NCBI GenBank assembly: GCA_017525505.1
Contig: JAFXSR010000046.1
Coordinates: 1,520 to 65,519 of the forward strand
Source: Bacteroidales bacterium
Lineage (GTDB): Bacteria > Bacteroidota > Bacteroidia > Bacteroidales > WCHB1-69
Reading direction: 5' to 3'
Length of the DNA stretch: 64,000 bases
In this document: positions 34,651 to 44,060 of the stretch, piece after piece
Position numbering within the stretch: the stretch's first letter is position 1
How the letters are laid out: each line of letters begins with the position of its first letter
Translations under genes and position numbers: made by a program
The notes under the pieces: model-generated
The model's database searches: none
Told to the model about the DNA's origin: nothing
The model's input: only the letters and a program-made list of their open reading frames with translations

Positions 34651-34725
34651 TTGTTCCAAAAAAAACTTAATTTCCCCTTGCTATTCCAAGAATTTAATAT
34701 ACATTTGCAGATTAAAATTAAAGTT

Positions 34726-35262
34726 ATGAAGAAATTTGCATTTGTTATTGTAATATGCTTACTTTCAACGAGTAGCATTTTCTCCCAGAATCTCAAATGG
34801 GAAAATGACGAGGAAAAATCTTACCAAATCCCCGTGGGACTTTGTACATGGGAGGATTTGACGCAAGCGGAATTTAACAGTCTTTTGAAGGAATATTCTT
34901 TAGACGTGGTTTTGAACGCCGATGCGACAGTTAAACTTGCCGAAGTTCTTGAATCACAAGCAAATACAAAGTATGAAATCGACGCATACTTTGGCGCATG
35001 GGATGAAGAGTCACTGAAGCAACTTCCTCATTTCTATGCTTTTGCCATGACCATGGGAGCCAAATATCAACAGTCCATCGAATACAAATTCATCGGCTGC
35101 AACCGTGAGTATAATAATGGTATTAACGACATGGTGCCCCCCACATTGCCCTATTTTGCGATTTATCGCATCGATAATGGGGAACGCGTAGTTATCGGGG
35201 AAATCCTCGAAAAGCCTGAAAGTTCTTTTGAAGAAGATGTTTTGAAAATTATAAAACATTAA
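34726..35262 (+). CDS. Hypothetical secreted protein
   Basis: Start set at MKKFAFVIVICLLSTSSIFSQ (signal peptide); the track ORF begins at an upstream TTG. Confidence 0.45.
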   Translation: MKKFAFVIVICLLSTSSIFSQNLKWENDEEKSYQIPVGLCTWEDLTQAEFNSLLKEYSLDVVLNADATVKLAEVLESQANTKYEIDAYFGAWDEESLKQLPHFYAFAMTMGAKYQQSIEYKFIGCNREYNNGINDMVPPTLPYFAIYRIDNGERVVIGEILEKPESSFEEDVLKIIKH

Positions 35263-35267
35263 ATTAT

Positions 35268-36104
35268 ATGCTCGTAGTCAAAACTATTGAAGAATTAAAA
35301 GACGTGGTCTTCCGCGTTAAAAGCAATGGCAAATCAGTAGGACTTGTTCCCACCATGGGCGCCTTGCATGATGGACATCTGTCGCTGATGAAAAGAGCCA
35401 AACAGGAAAACGAAGTAGTGGTCTGCTCCATTTTTGTCAACCCGGTTCAGTTCAACAACCCCGAAGATTTGGAGAAATACCCCCGCGATGTGGAGGGTGA
35501 CCTGAAAAAAATTGAACCTTACGTGGATGTGGCTTTCACCCCCACCGCAAAAGAGGTCTTCCCCGAACCGCCAAAAGAAGTATATGATTTTGGCCAACTT
35601 GACAAGGTGATGGAAGGCGCTTTCCGCCCCGGACATTTCAATGGGGTGGGCATTATCGTCAAACGTCTCTTCGACTGGACCACCCCCGACAAAGCGTACT
35701 TCGGCGAAAAAGACTTCCAACAGTTGGCAATTATCAAGCGTTTGGTAAAAGATTACGGAATCAAGACCCAGGTCGTTCCCTGCCCTATTGTGCGTGAAGC
35801 CAGCGGCTTGGCTATGAGCTCCCGCAACCAGCGACTCTCAGTGGAAGACCGCATGAAAGCTGCCAACATCTATCGTATTCTCACAGAGTCATTACGACTG
35901 AAAGACGCACCCATCCAGGAAATCAAGGATTTTGTCATCAGTGAAATCAACAAAATTGACGGTTTCAAACTTGACTACTACGAAATCGTGGATGACACAA
36001 CCCTCCAGCCTGTGGAGTTCGCCGACCTGTCAACAGGTATCATCGGCTGCATCGCTGTCTATGTTGGTGAAGTGAGATTAATTGATAATATTCGATACAA
36101 ATAA
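35268..36104 (+). CDS. panC: Pantoate--beta-alanine ligase
   Basis: VGLVPTMGALHDGHLSLM, FVNPVQF, and FGEKDFQQL...MSSRN. Confidence 0.9.
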   Translation: MLVVKTIEELKDVVFRVKSNGKSVGLVPTMGALHDGHLSLMKRAKQENEVVVCSIFVNPVQFNNPEDLEKYPRDVEGDLKKIEPYVDVAFTPTAKEVFPEPPKEVYDFGQLDKVMEGAFRPGHFNGVGIIVKRLFDWTTPDKAYFGEKDFQQLAIIKRLVKDYGIKTQVVPCPIVREASGLAMSSRNQRLSVEDRMKAANIYRILTESLRLKDAPIQEIKDFVISEINKIDGFKLDYYEIVDDTTLQPVEFADLSTGIIGCIAVYVGEVRLIDNIRYK

Positions 36105-36154
36105 TTCATATTCAGTTTATTATAATCGATATTGACTTAAACATCCAGTAGAAA

Positions 36155-36496
36155 ATGCAAATCGAAGTATTGAAATCCAAAATCCATCGGGTGACAGTTA
36201 CTGAAGCGGATTTGAATTATGTGGGTAGCATTACCATTGACGAGGACCTGATGGACGCTGTCAATCTTATTGAAAACGAGAAAGTTCAGGTTTTAGACAT
36301 GAACAATGGCGAGCGTTTTGAAACCTATGTCATCAAGGGTCGGAGAAACTCGGGAGTGATTTGCCTGAACGGTCCCGCCGCCCGCAAGGTACAGGTAGGC
36401 GACATTGTGGTCATCATCTCATACGCCCTCATGGATTTTGAGGAAGCCAAACATTTCAAACCCAGCATTATTTTCCCCGAAAACAATAAAATCTAA
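36155..36496 (+). CDS. panD: Aspartate 1-decarboxylase
   Basis: [35 protein letters not shown] contains the G-S self-processing site motif. Confidence 0.9.
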   Translation: MQIEVLKSKIHRVTVTEADLNYVGSITIDEDLMDAVNLIENEKVQVLDMNNGERFETYVIKGRRNSGVICLNGPAARKVQVGDIVVIISYALMDFEEAKHFKPSIIFPENNKI

Positions 36497-36502
36497 GATA
36501 AC

Positions 36503-37249
36503 ATGTACAAATTGATATTAGTCAGACACGGTCAGAGTGTCTGGAATCAGGAGAACCGTTTCACAGGTTGGACCGATGTGGATTTGAGCGAACGCGGCAT
36601 GAACGAAGCCCGCGAGGCCGGTGCAGAGCTGAAAGCCGGAGGCTTCAACATTCGCTATTGTTACACCTCCATGCTTACCCGCGCCATCAAGACCTTGAAC
36701 ATCATTCTGGACGAGATGGGACTTTTATGGCTTCCCGTAGAGAAAACCTGGAGGTTGAACGAGAAGCACTATGGTTTTCTGCAAGGCATGAACAAGAAAG
36801 AGATGGTGGACAAATACGGCAGCGAACAAGTGCAAATCTGGCGCCGCAGCTTCAGCGTGGCCCCTCCCGCCATCCCGCTCGACGACCCGCGCCACCCCGC
36901 CCACGACATCCGCTACCAAAGTTTCCCCGAAGCCGAAGCTAAGCCGGGTACGGAATCTCTTTTAGACACCACCAAGCGCATCATCCCTCTGTGGGAAAAC
37001 AACATACAGCCCAAGTTGCAGGAATGCAAAGAGGTGCTGATCGCCGCCCACGGCAACAGCCTCAGAGGTCTGCTCAAACATCTGAAACAGATTCCCGATG
37101 AGGAAATCGCCGCCCTGAATATCCCGACCGGCGTTCCACTCGTGTTGGAATTCGACGACAATATGAAATTGGTAAAAGACTATTACCTGATCGACGAGGA
37201 AACCCTTAAGAAAAAAATCGAGGAGGTCGCCAACCAGACCAAAAAATAA
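36503..37249 (+). CDS. gpmA: 2,3-bisphosphoglycerate-dependent phosphoglycerate mutase
   Basis: LILVRHGQSVWNQENRFTGWTDVDLS and AAHGNSLRGL are present. Confidence 0.9.
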   Translation: MYKLILVRHGQSVWNQENRFTGWTDVDLSERGMNEAREAGAELKAGGFNIRYCYTSMLTRAIKTLNIILDEMGLLWLPVEKTWRLNEKHYGFLQGMNKKEMVDKYGSEQVQIWRRSFSVAPPAIPLDDPRHPAHDIRYQSFPEAEAKPGTESLLDTTKRIIPLWENNIQPKLQECKEVLIAAHGNSLRGLLKHLKQIPDEEIAALNIPTGVPLVLEFDDNMKLVKDYYLIDEETLKKKIEEVANQTKK

Positions 37250-37257
37250 GTCCTCGG

Positions 37258-38007
37258 ATGGCCCGTCCAAAAAAGCCGACATATAACTTTAACGATTTCT
37301 TTGGCAACAGAAACCAGTACCATTTGGCTGGAGCGCAAACCAAGGAGTCGTTTTTCGTTTTCCTGTCCACCATGGAGCGATACCTGAAGACGGACGTCCA
37401 CTCCATCGGAGAATTCGAATACAGCGACAAGAATTATGACTGCTGTTATCAACTGGCTTTTGCCCGTCTCAACGAGCCCTGCGACATCACTTTGGTGATT
37501 CTGGAGAACAAAAGCACCCTGTTCAATCAGAAAGGCTACCCCACTTCCAAGAAGGAAAAGAACCTGTCGTTCCATACCCTCTCTTTGTTCGACGAATTCT
37601 GTTACATCCTGAACTCACAGGGCATCTGCCTCCATCAATGGCGACACACCGACATGGACTACCTGCTATTGTATTATGCGCGCAAAGAAAGCAATGTTGG
37701 TGAATTTGAGCAGGCACTCTCGCAAATTCCCGGATGCGCTGTCGTGAACGATCACGACCTGTTTGCGGAAGACCTCACAGACCGCCAGAAAAGTGCGAAA
37801 CGCAAATTCTTTGAGGACATTTTCTGCGATGCCGAAATCCGTATTTTGCGATGGGAGCAGGATCATGTGGCGCAACTGCTGTCCAACAACACGAAAATTC
37901 CTGACAACAACTTGCCGGAAATCTTCAAACTGTACGAAGACATCACCCCCATCTTCACCAGCGAATACCTTCGTTTTGCCGAAATCGACCCCAGCTACGA
38001 AGGGTAA
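37258..38007 (+). CDS. Hypothetical protein
   Basis: 249-aa ORF tightly packed after gpmA. No recognisable motif. Confidence 0.4.
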   Translation: MARPKKPTYNFNDFFGNRNQYHLAGAQTKESFFVFLSTMERYLKTDVHSIGEFEYSDKNYDCCYQLAFARLNEPCDITLVILENKSTLFNQKGYPTSKKEKNLSFHTLSLFDEFCYILNSQGICLHQWRHTDMDYLLLYYARKESNVGEFEQALSQIPGCAVVNDHDLFAEDLTDRQKSAKRKFFEDIFCDAEIRILRWEQDHVAQLLSNNTKIPDNNLPEIFKLYEDITPIFTSEYLRFAEIDPSYEG

Positions 38008-38037
38008 GAAATTTGTGTATTATTCAAGATTTTTATG

Positions 38038-38045
38038 TAATTTTG
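38038..38045 (+). promoter_or_regulatory. Bacteroidota -7 promoter box (TAATTTTG) upstream of the MFS sugar transporter
   Basis: taattttg lies 21 nt upstream of the ATG at 38066. Confidence 0.5.
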
Positions 38046-38065
38046 CATGTTAAAATTTCATAACA

Positions 38066-39319
38066 ATGCAAAATACCAAAAACCTTACCTTCAGCATGTC
38101 GGTGATCGGTGCCCTGTTTTTCGTCTTTGGCTTCGTCACCTGGCTCAACAGCATTTTGATGCCTTATCTGGAACTTACCTGCAACCTGAACAAATTCCAG
38201 GCCTCGTTTGTTCCTTTCGCCTTTTATATCGCCTATTTTGTCATGGCTATACCCTCGTCGCTGGTACTCAAAAAGACCGGTTTCAGCAATGGCATGGCCC
38301 TGGGACTGATCATCATGGCTATTGGCGCGGTATTGTTCATTCCCGCAGCCATGACCCGCACCTACATGATCTTCCTGCTGGCCCTGTTCATCATGGGCAT
38401 AGGCTTGTCGCTGCTACAGACGGCCTCCAACCCCTATGTCACCATTCTTGGCCCCGTTGAGTCAGCCGCCCGTCGCATGAGCATCATGGGCATCTGCAAC
38501 AAGCTGGCTGGCATTATCGGTGTGCTGATTCTGGCTAACACCCTGTTCTCCACCACCGACGGTCTGGTAGAGCAAATCAAGGCAATGGACCTGGCAGACC
38601 CGGGACGTGAAGTGCTGCTGCAGCAGCTGTCCAACAAGGTCATTGTGCCCTATCTCATCATCACTGCCATTCTGATTGCCTTGGTAGTATTTGTCAAGAT
38701 TGCCAAATTACATGAAATACAAGAAGATGAAGAAGGTTCTGACACTGCCGGTACGTCCCGCAATTCCATCTTTGCCTACCCCTATCTGTGGTTAGGTGTT
38801 TTAGCCATTTTCTTTTATGTGGGAGCCGAAGTTATTGCCATCGACTATCTGAAGACATACGGAAACTCAATAGGCTTACCGGAAAATGTCACCAACATGC
38901 TGCCCGCATATGCGCTGGTGGCATTGATTGTGGGTTATCTCTTAGGCATTATCACCGTGCCAAAAATTCTGTCTCAGCGCATGGCCCTGATTATCCAGCT
39001 GTTATTATCCATCGTATTGGTGGTGGTAGCTCTATGCACCAGCGGCATTGTGTCGGTAATCGCCATCATCTGCCTCAGTTTCGCCCATGCCATCATGTGG
39101 CCCGCCATCTGGCCGCTCTCCATCCACGACCTGGGCAAATACACCAAACTCGGTTCCGCCTTCCTGATCATGGCCATCGCCGGCGGTGCCATCCTGCCCT
39201 TGATTTACGGCAAACTCTCCCTCGCTTTCACCCCTCAAATAGCTTATTCACTGCTCTTTGTCAGCTATGCCTACATCCTCTTCTTCGCCACAGTGGGGTG
39301 TAAGATGGGAACTAAGTAG
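38066..39319 (+). CDS. MFS sugar transporter (FucP / glucose-galactose GluP family)
   Basis: 417 aa with 12 TM helices. The N-terminus reads SVIGALFFVFGFVTWLNSILMPYL. LLQTASNPYVTILGP is typical of the FucP/GluP family. Confidence 0.75.
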   Translation: MQNTKNLTFSMSVIGALFFVFGFVTWLNSILMPYLELTCNLNKFQASFVPFAFYIAYFVMAIPSSLVLKKTGFSNGMALGLIIMAIGAVLFIPAAMTRTYMIFLLALFIMGIGLSLLQTASNPYVTILGPVESAARRMSIMGICNKLAGIIGVLILANTLFSTTDGLVEQIKAMDLADPGREVLLQQLSNKVIVPYLIITAILIALVVFVKIAKLHEIQEDEEGSDTAGTSRNSIFAYPYLWLGVLAIFFYVGAEVIAIDYLKTYGNSIGLPENVTNMLPAYALVALIVGYLLGIITVPKILSQRMALIIQLLLSIVLVVVALCTSGIVSVIAIICLSFAHAIMWPAIWPLSIHDLGKYTKLGSAFLIMAIAGGAILPLIYGKLSLAFTPQIAYSLLFVSYAYILFFATVGCKMGTK

Positions 39320-39330
39320 TGCATTGTCAC

Positions 39331-39596
39331 AACCCCATACTCGCTGCGCTTCATATGGGGTTACAAGAGAGGAGGCCTCTTCGAGGCCGTGACCAGAACA
39401 AGTGTCTTGCAGCAAAGTGTATCAGACTGTCTTACGGATATATATATCGAAGAGACATTCTCTCAGCAACCCCACATAAGGCCGTAGGCCGAAGTGTGGG
39501 GTATGGAAAACGCGGTGTACCTCTTCGCAGTACGAATTTAATGTGCACCGAAGAACTGAATAAACCCGCTGCGAAATGGAGTAGTTTGCAATATCC
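39331..39596 (+). mobile_element. MITE-like hairpin-module element, copy E (composite; 39436-39596 is the inverted partner of D)
   Basis: The sequence is aaccccatactcgctgcgcttcatatggggtt + ggcctcttcgaggcc, then tcgaagagac...ctcagcaaccccacataaggccgtaggccgaagtgtggggtatgg...gtagtttgcaatatcc. Confidence 0.7.
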
Positions 39597-39664
39597 CACT
39601 ATCATTTCAAATTCCAAAGACTCCCCTGATGCGAAGCATCTCTCACATGAGCGCAATGGAACTC

Positions 39665-39730
39665 CACTAACCCCTAATCACTAACCCCTAAAAATCAGCA
39701 CATTAGCACATTAACTAATTTGCTAATTAA
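39665..39730. repeat. Tandem word array overlapping the stop of the PPAD-like gene
   Basis: The units are cactaacccctaat x2 (the reverse complement of the 30700 words), gcacatta x2, and ctaatttgctaatt. The last unit supplies the codons ...KIN* on the minus strand. Confidence 0.75.
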
Positions 39731-41414
39731 TCTTCACCACTTTCTTACTCACAACAGTGCCATTATCCATCAGAATCGACAGATAATACACTCCGGCGGG
39801 CCAGTCCTGGCAATTGATAACCGTTGCGCGATGCAAGGGATATTCGTCCACAAACTGTCCCATGGCATTATATACTTTTACCGAAGCCAGATTCTCACCT
39901 CTCAAAGTGAAGCGATCTACTGCAGGGTTGGGATAAAGCAACACAGATGCCTCCAACGACTGGTTTTGAATGGACGTAGGTGCGTTCACCACAAAGCGAT
40001 GTGGGTCGGCAGCCCCGATATAAGGATGCTGCTCTCTCCTACCCGACTGGTCTTTTGCAAAGAGGTAATAATCAACCGTATCCAAGTCCTGCAATCCCGA
40101 AACAGACACCTCGAAAGAGCTACCTCCAACGGAAGTCAGCGCAGTATGCTGCCATGCACCATGATTAATTCTGTAATACGTTAAAACTGAATCCGTCACC
40201 AATGACTGTCCACTCAGAGCCTTGATCTCTGCAGTCAGCGTGGCGGCACCATTTTGCATCTCCTGTGCTCCCAGTAAAGGATAGTGTTTGATATACAGCA
40301 TACCCTTGTCGGCCAACTCGTGCGTGCGGCAATGCAAGGCATCGGTATTTTCCCAGGGTGTGCCACTGACCTGCATCACGGGCACAATGGTATAGCCCGG
40401 CATGGCTTCCTGATAAACGGCAATGGCATCATCGTCCCACTGGGAACCAGCGATAGGCACAAACACATGGTCGTTCAAAATCAGTGAATTGGTATAAGGA
40501 GTGACCAAAGTACCCGTTCCCGGCTCAAAGACCCTAAATACCTGATAGTGGTTACCCCACGGGGTAGTGGCATTGGCGAAAACAGCGGCGGCAGCCTCAT
40601 AGTCGGCATAACGGTAGTCGCTTGTCGGCACCTGGGCTACCAACACCTTGTCCACCCCCAAGAACTTGCCCCAACAGTCAATATGAAAAATATAATCATC
40701 CATAGGATCCTCAATAAACATATAATTATTGATGCCCAGATATTCATGGGCCATTTGACGCAATGAAGCGACAGTTTCAGTAGGATTCTCATCAATGAGC
40801 AGCTGTGTGGAAGCCGCGGTTCCATAGCCGTCTGTCATATAATTTCCTCCGGTGTGCACCATCGGCATCACATAACGGTTCATATTCAAATGCTGCACCA
40901 CATACTCCAAAGAGGCATCGTCATTCGGGCGCTGCGGACGGTTGTAAGTGAAGTCGATAACCGCCACCTGGTCATTGCCATCAATAATGAACCATGGGCC
41001 ATAGTCGCGAGTCCAATAAGAGTCATTGGGAATTAACCAAAACTCCACATTCGACATATTCACGCCATTCTGGGCAAAGGAGGAACTAGCAATATCCTGA
41101 TAATAAGCAGTTCCCACCAACACTTTCACCTGAGTAATCTGCGAAAGCTGAGCCACCAGACTCACCGGGATTCCCAACGGGTAGCGAATCATCACCCCCA
41201 TCATGGGCTGGAACTCCGCCAAAGCGGTAACTGGTCCCGACGGCGCAGCAGTGGCGTTGCGAGCCGCCTTCTCAGGCAAAGTGTGCATCAACAACTGCTC
41301 CTCGGCTGTAAGATGATGCGGAAACGCAGGATGTAGATCGTAAAGTTCTGATTGAGCGAAAACAAAATAGTTAGCTATACAAAGCAAGCCGACAAGTACA
41401 ATATTTTTTTTCAT
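39723..41414 (-). CDS. Porphyromonas-type peptidylarginine/agmatine deiminase-family protein with T9SS sorting domain (PPAD-like)
   Basis: Start set at MKKNIVLVGLLCIANYFVFAQS. The deiminase motifs are YWTRDYGPWF, HTGGNYMTDG, HIDCWGKFL and DALHCRTHE. The C-terminal LLYPNPAVDRFTL...VKVYNAMGQFV...PAGVYYLSILMDNG...KVVKIN is a type A T9SS CTD. Confidence 0.75.
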   Translation of the reverse strand: MKKNIVLVGLLCIANYFVFAQSELYDLHPAFPHHLTAEEQLLMHTLPEKAARNATAAPSGPVTALAEFQPMMGVMIRYPLGIPVSLVAQLSQITQVKVLVGTAYYQDIASSSFAQNGVNMSNVEFWLIPNDSYWTRDYGPWFIIDGNDQVAVIDFTYNRPQRPNDDASLEYVVQHLNMNRYVMPMVHTGGNYMTDGYGTAASTQLLIDENPTETVASLRQMAHEYLGINNYMFIEDPMDDYIFHIDCWGKFLGVDKVLVAQVPTSDYRYADYEAAAAVFANATTPWGNHYQVFRVFEPGTGTLVTPYTNSLILNDHVFVPIAGSQWDDDAIAVYQEAMPGYTIVPVMQVSGTPWENTDALHCRTHELADKGMLYIKHYPLLGAQEMQNGAATLTAEIKALSGQSLVTDSVLTYYRINHGAWQHTALTSVGGSSFEVSVSGLQDLDTVDYYLFAKDQSGRREQHPYIGAADPHRFVVNAPTSIQNQSLEASVLLYPNPAVDRFTLRGENLASVKVYNAMGQFVDEYPLHRATVINCQDWPAGVYYLSILMDNGTVVSKKVVKIN

Positions 41415-41435
41415 TTCTGATGATTTTTCAGGCGG

Positions 41436-41443
41436 CAAAAATA
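41436..41443 (-). promoter_or_regulatory. Bacteroidota -7 promoter box (TATTTTTG) upstream of the PPAD-like gene
   Basis: The reverse complement of caaaaata lies 22 nt upstream of the ATG at 41414. Confidence 0.5.
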
Positions 41444-41454
41444 CGATTTTTTTG

Positions 41455-41462
41455 TATTTTTG
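41455..41462 (+). promoter_or_regulatory. Bacteroidota -7 promoter box (TATTTTTG) upstream of glmM
   Basis: tatttttg lies 37 nt upstream of the ATG at 41499. Confidence 0.5.
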
Positions 41463-41498
41463 CAGAGATTTTTTTCAACACTTATAAACGAAATCTTT

Positions 41499-42890
41499 AT
41501 GTCACTAATCAAATCCATCTCCGGCATCAGAGGCACCATCGGCGGCAAAGCCGGTGACAACCTCACCCCCATTGACATTATCCAATTTACCAGCGCATTT
41601 GTCACCTTTCTGCGCAAAGACGACAGCCAAAAGAAGCTCACGCTGATTGTAGGACGTGACGCACGTATCTCTGGTGACAAAATCAACCAATTGGTTTGCA
41701 GCACTCTGCAATTTATGGGCGTGAATGTCGTGGATTTGGGTCTGTCCACCACCCCTACAGTGGAAATGGCTGTTATTCAGCAACATGCCGATGCCGGCAT
41801 CATCATTACTGCCAGCCATAACCCCATGCAATGGAATGCCTTGAAACTGCTCAATAACAAAGGAGAATTCATTTCAGGAGCAGAAGGAAAAGAATTGCTG
41901 GATATTATTGACAAACAAGATTTTACCTATGCTGACATCAAGAATTTAGGCAGCTATACTTTTTACGACCACGCTATCGAAGACCATGTGGACGCCATCA
42001 TGAAGCTGCCATTGGTGGATGCTAAAGCCATTACCAAGGCCGACCTTTCGGTCATTGTGGACGCTGTGAACTCCACGGGAGGAATCGCCCTGAAACCACT
42101 GCTCGAGAAGTTGGGAGTGCGCAAGGTGAAATTCCTGTATGGCGAGCCCACCGGCATCTTCCCGCACAATCCCGAACCGATTCCAGAGCATCTGCATGAA
42201 ATCTCCAACGAGATGAAACGCCATTCTTACGACGTGGGCTTTGTGGTGGATCCCGATGTGGACCGTCTGGCCATTGTCAAGGACGACGGAGAGATGTTTG
42301 TGGAGGAATACACATTGGTAGCCGTGGCCGACTACATTCTGCAACACGAAAAGGGCAACACTGTCTCCAACTTGTCCTCTACCAGAGCTTTGCGCGATGT
42401 GAGCCGCCAATATGGTGTGGACTACAACGCCTCGGCTGTCGGTGAGGTAAATGTGGTGGCCAAAATGAAAGAGACCAACGCCATTATCGGTGGCGAAGGT
42501 AACGGAGGCGTGATTTATCCCGCCCTGCACTACGGCCGCGACGCCCTCGTCGGCATTGCGCTGTTCCTCAGCTATATGGCCAAAAGCAAGAAAAGCTGCA
42601 CCGAAATCCGCCTGCAATATCCCGCCTACTTCATCTCCAAAAACAAGATTGAATTACAGCCGAACATGAATGTGAAACACATTCTGGACAGCATTGCCGA
42701 AGCTTACAACCAGTACGAGGTAAACCGCATTGATGGCGTGAAGATTGACTTCGATAATGGATGGGTACATCTGAGGACCTCCAACACCGAACCTATCATC
42801 CGTATCTACGCCGAAGCCGGCACCGAAGCCCAAGCCGACCACCTGGCCCAGAAAATCATGATGGATATCCGCGAAGCGATGAAAAAATGA
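41499..42890 (+). CDS. glmM: Phosphoglucosamine mutase
   Basis: Start set at MSLIKSISGIRGTIGG. The active-site loop is TASHNP; the metal loop is FVVDPDVDRL; the sugar loop is GGEGNGG. Confidence 0.85.
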   Translation: MSLIKSISGIRGTIGGKAGDNLTPIDIIQFTSAFVTFLRKDDSQKKLTLIVGRDARISGDKINQLVCSTLQFMGVNVVDLGLSTTPTVEMAVIQQHADAGIIITASHNPMQWNALKLLNNKGEFISGAEGKELLDIIDKQDFTYADIKNLGSYTFYDHAIEDHVDAIMKLPLVDAKAITKADLSVIVDAVNSTGGIALKPLLEKLGVRKVKFLYGEPTGIFPHNPEPIPEHLHEISNEMKRHSYDVGFVVDPDVDRLAIVKDDGEMFVEEYTLVAVADYILQHEKGNTVSNLSSTRALRDVSRQYGVDYNASAVGEVNVVAKMKETNAIIGGEGNGGVIYPALHYGRDALVGIALFLSYMAKSKKSCTEIRLQYPAYFISKNKIELQPNMNVKHILDSIAEAYNQYEVNRIDGVKIDFDNGWVHLRTSNTEPIIRIYAEAGTEAQADHLAQKIMMDIREAMKK

Positions 42891-42914
42891 TTCGTCGTGG
42901 AAAGCGAAAAGTTC

Positions 42915-43712
42915 ATGTCAAAGTCCAATAATCCGTTGAAGAAAATCCTGTTGATATGCACGATTCTGCTGGTGGTCCTCTCCTCTTGCTTCCGTAAGCA
43001 TGACAGGACGCACCACCATATCGAGACCGAAGGCTACACACTAACGGTCAATGGGCAGCGCATATTCAGGGACAGACAACTGGCTACTATACCCAAGGAC
43101 ACCATTCTGACATTCGGTGACACCGTGACTTTGCACGATGATGTAACATCGGTGGCAAATCAGATTGAAGGGCTTTCACAAAACCTACGTAGCTATAGCG
43201 AACCGGGCCACTTCAAAGGCGATTACATACTAGACCTTGAACTCATTCATCATCCAGGTAGCGACCATGCAGCCAATGCCAGCGCTGTACTGGCAAACTT
43301 GCGCGATTGGGGTTACATCGATATTGACACCACCGATTGGCAGAAAATCATCATTGTTCGCAAAGGAACTTGCCTGAAAGATTACACTATAAAAAGCACC
43401 AGCAGTTATGATTATTCACCATACAAGATGTATGTTCCTGACGAACTGGAGTCAGACAGCATTGACAACGTCGCATTAGACCAATGGATGTTTGGATTGA
43501 TGGACTGGCCTCTCAGCCACCCCGATGAGTTGATCCAATTCCTCACCACCCACGGCTACGACACCATAAACGCTGGTTTTTCACATAGACAAATCTACCC
43601 TCATGCCTCCCTAAGTTATAAAAACAGTGAGTTTATCTATTATGGCGGTAGAACTGCAGCAAAATCAAAGAAAACAGCAAGAAAAATCACAAAAGAGATA
43701 CGATCCTTATGA
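42915..43712 (+). CDS. Hypothetical lipoprotein
   Basis: Start set at MSKSNNPLKKILLICTILLVVLSSC (lipobox). No recognisable domain. Confidence 0.45.
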   Translation: MSKSNNPLKKILLICTILLVVLSSCFRKHDRTHHHIETEGYTLTVNGQRIFRDRQLATIPKDTILTFGDTVTLHDDVTSVANQIEGLSQNLRSYSEPGHFKGDYILDLELIHHPGSDHAANASAVLANLRDWGYIDIDTTDWQKIIIVRKGTCLKDYTIKSTSSYDYSPYKMYVPDELESDSIDNVALDQWMFGLMDWPLSHPDELIQFLTTHGYDTINAGFSHRQIYPHASLSYKNSEFIYYGGRTAAKSKKTARKITKEIRSL

Positions 43713-43990
43713 CAGAGCAAAGGCGCACAATGTATATCTGCCCCGTTTGTGGTTACAACAAATTGGAAGAACCGCCGTATGACGAATTCGGACTCCCGTC
43801 GTATGTCATTTGCTCCTGCTGCGGTTTTGAATTTGGATTTGATGACAAGGCCGAAGGTAATTCTTTTTCAGAATACCAGCAACGTTGGATTGATAAAGGA
43901 TTTCCTTTTTTTAACAGCAAAAAGAAACCCTCTAATTGGAATGAGCGTGTAATGAGGCGGCAGTTGGAGAATATTAAGAAGGGAAAATAG
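43709..43990 (+). CDS. Small cysteine-rich zinc-ribbon protein
   Basis: 93 aa with two CxxC pairs (CPVCGY ... CSCCGFEFGFDD). There is a 4-nt overlap with the upstream gene. Confidence 0.5.
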   Translation: MTEQRRTMYICPVCGYNKLEEPPYDEFGLPSYVICSCCGFEFGFDDKAEGNSFSEYQQRWIDKGFPFFNSKKKPSNWNERVMRRQLENIKKGK

Positions 43991-44060
43991 AATGATATTT
44001 TTTTCTATTTTGCACCAATAAAACCCCTCCAATGTGAAGAATCATCAAGATCAAAGTAAT

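Noticed and set aside
33481-34659. 392-aa ORF antisense to the EF-G gene, plus several other long antisense ORFs inside EF-G
   Set aside because: The sense frame carries unmistakable EF-G motifs. The antisense translation is low-complexity (G/A/V/H/D-rich) with no motif, which is a typical shadow ORF of a GC-biased codon-third-position gene.
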